DNA from: Octopus sinensis
Taxonomy: Eukaryota
Length of the DNA: 64,000 nucleotides
NCBI RefSeq assembly: GCF_006345805.1
Contig: NC_043014.1
Coordinates: 49,352,001 to 49,416,000 of the forward strand
Direction: 5' to 3'
Part shown: piece by piece, positions 63,912-64,000 of the stretch
Layout of the letters: every line of letters starts with the position of its first letter
Numbering within the stretch: position 1 is the stretch's first letter
Translations under genes and position numbers: made by a program
The notes under the pieces: model-generated
The model's input: the letters and a program-made list of their open reading frames with translations, nothing else
Told to the model about the DNA's origin: nothing
Database searches by the model: none

Positions 63912-64000
63912 CTTTATAGTATCCATCGGGTATCCGGCCACCACAATGGCTACACCTCCGAAATAGCCGGCGATGAAGTCTTTTCTTGGACTAATCTCTT
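63912..64000 (-). CDS. SLC25A20: Mitochondrial carnitine/acylcarnitine carrier, exon 1 (5' part lies beyond the window)
   Basis: Reads EISPRKDFIAGYFGGVAIVVAGYPMDTIK, then donor AAG|GTAGGA (phase 0). Aligns with human [29 protein letters not shown] and carries the first Px[DE]xx[KR] carrier motif. Confidence 0.93.

Overview
AT-rich animal genomic DNA, dense in microsatellites and SINEs. The repeat landscape looks most like an Octopus-type coleoid cephalopod, which is an inference. Two protein-coding genes are supported, arranged tail-to-tail. (1) A divergent innexin on + has coding exons 27076-27412 and 30103-31071; its short start-codon exon was not located with certainty. (2) A mitochondrial carnitine/acylcarnitine carrier (SLC25A20/CACT-like) on - has nine exons from 63912-64000 (cut by the window edge) to 38457-38519, with intron positions and phases matching human SLC25A20. 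The rest is repeats: about 30 copies or fragments of one tRNA-headed SINE plus four other SINE-like families, and LINE fragments (CR1, RTE, R4/Dong, L1-Tx1). There are also two solo LTRs with 4-bp TSDs, a DD37D Tc1/mariner relic, piggyBac MITEs, a Helentron-like element, foldback palindromes and satellites. Three observations stand out. (a) An inverted ~345-bp duplicate of the carrier exon-1/intron-1 junction sits in intron 2 and could fold the pre-mRNA into a long duplex over coding sequence and the donor site. (b) About a dozen minimal hammerhead-ribozyme motifs from at least five short repeat families are present, several with non-canonical cores (A6U, U4C, U3-A8). (c) An ORF1-only (zinc-knuckle) Tx1-like retroelement with a 16-bp TSD shares its 3' tail with a Tx1 LINE fragment and a SINE. 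Nearly all ORF-track entries are microsatellite or SINE artefacts. All alignments and folds were done by eye.
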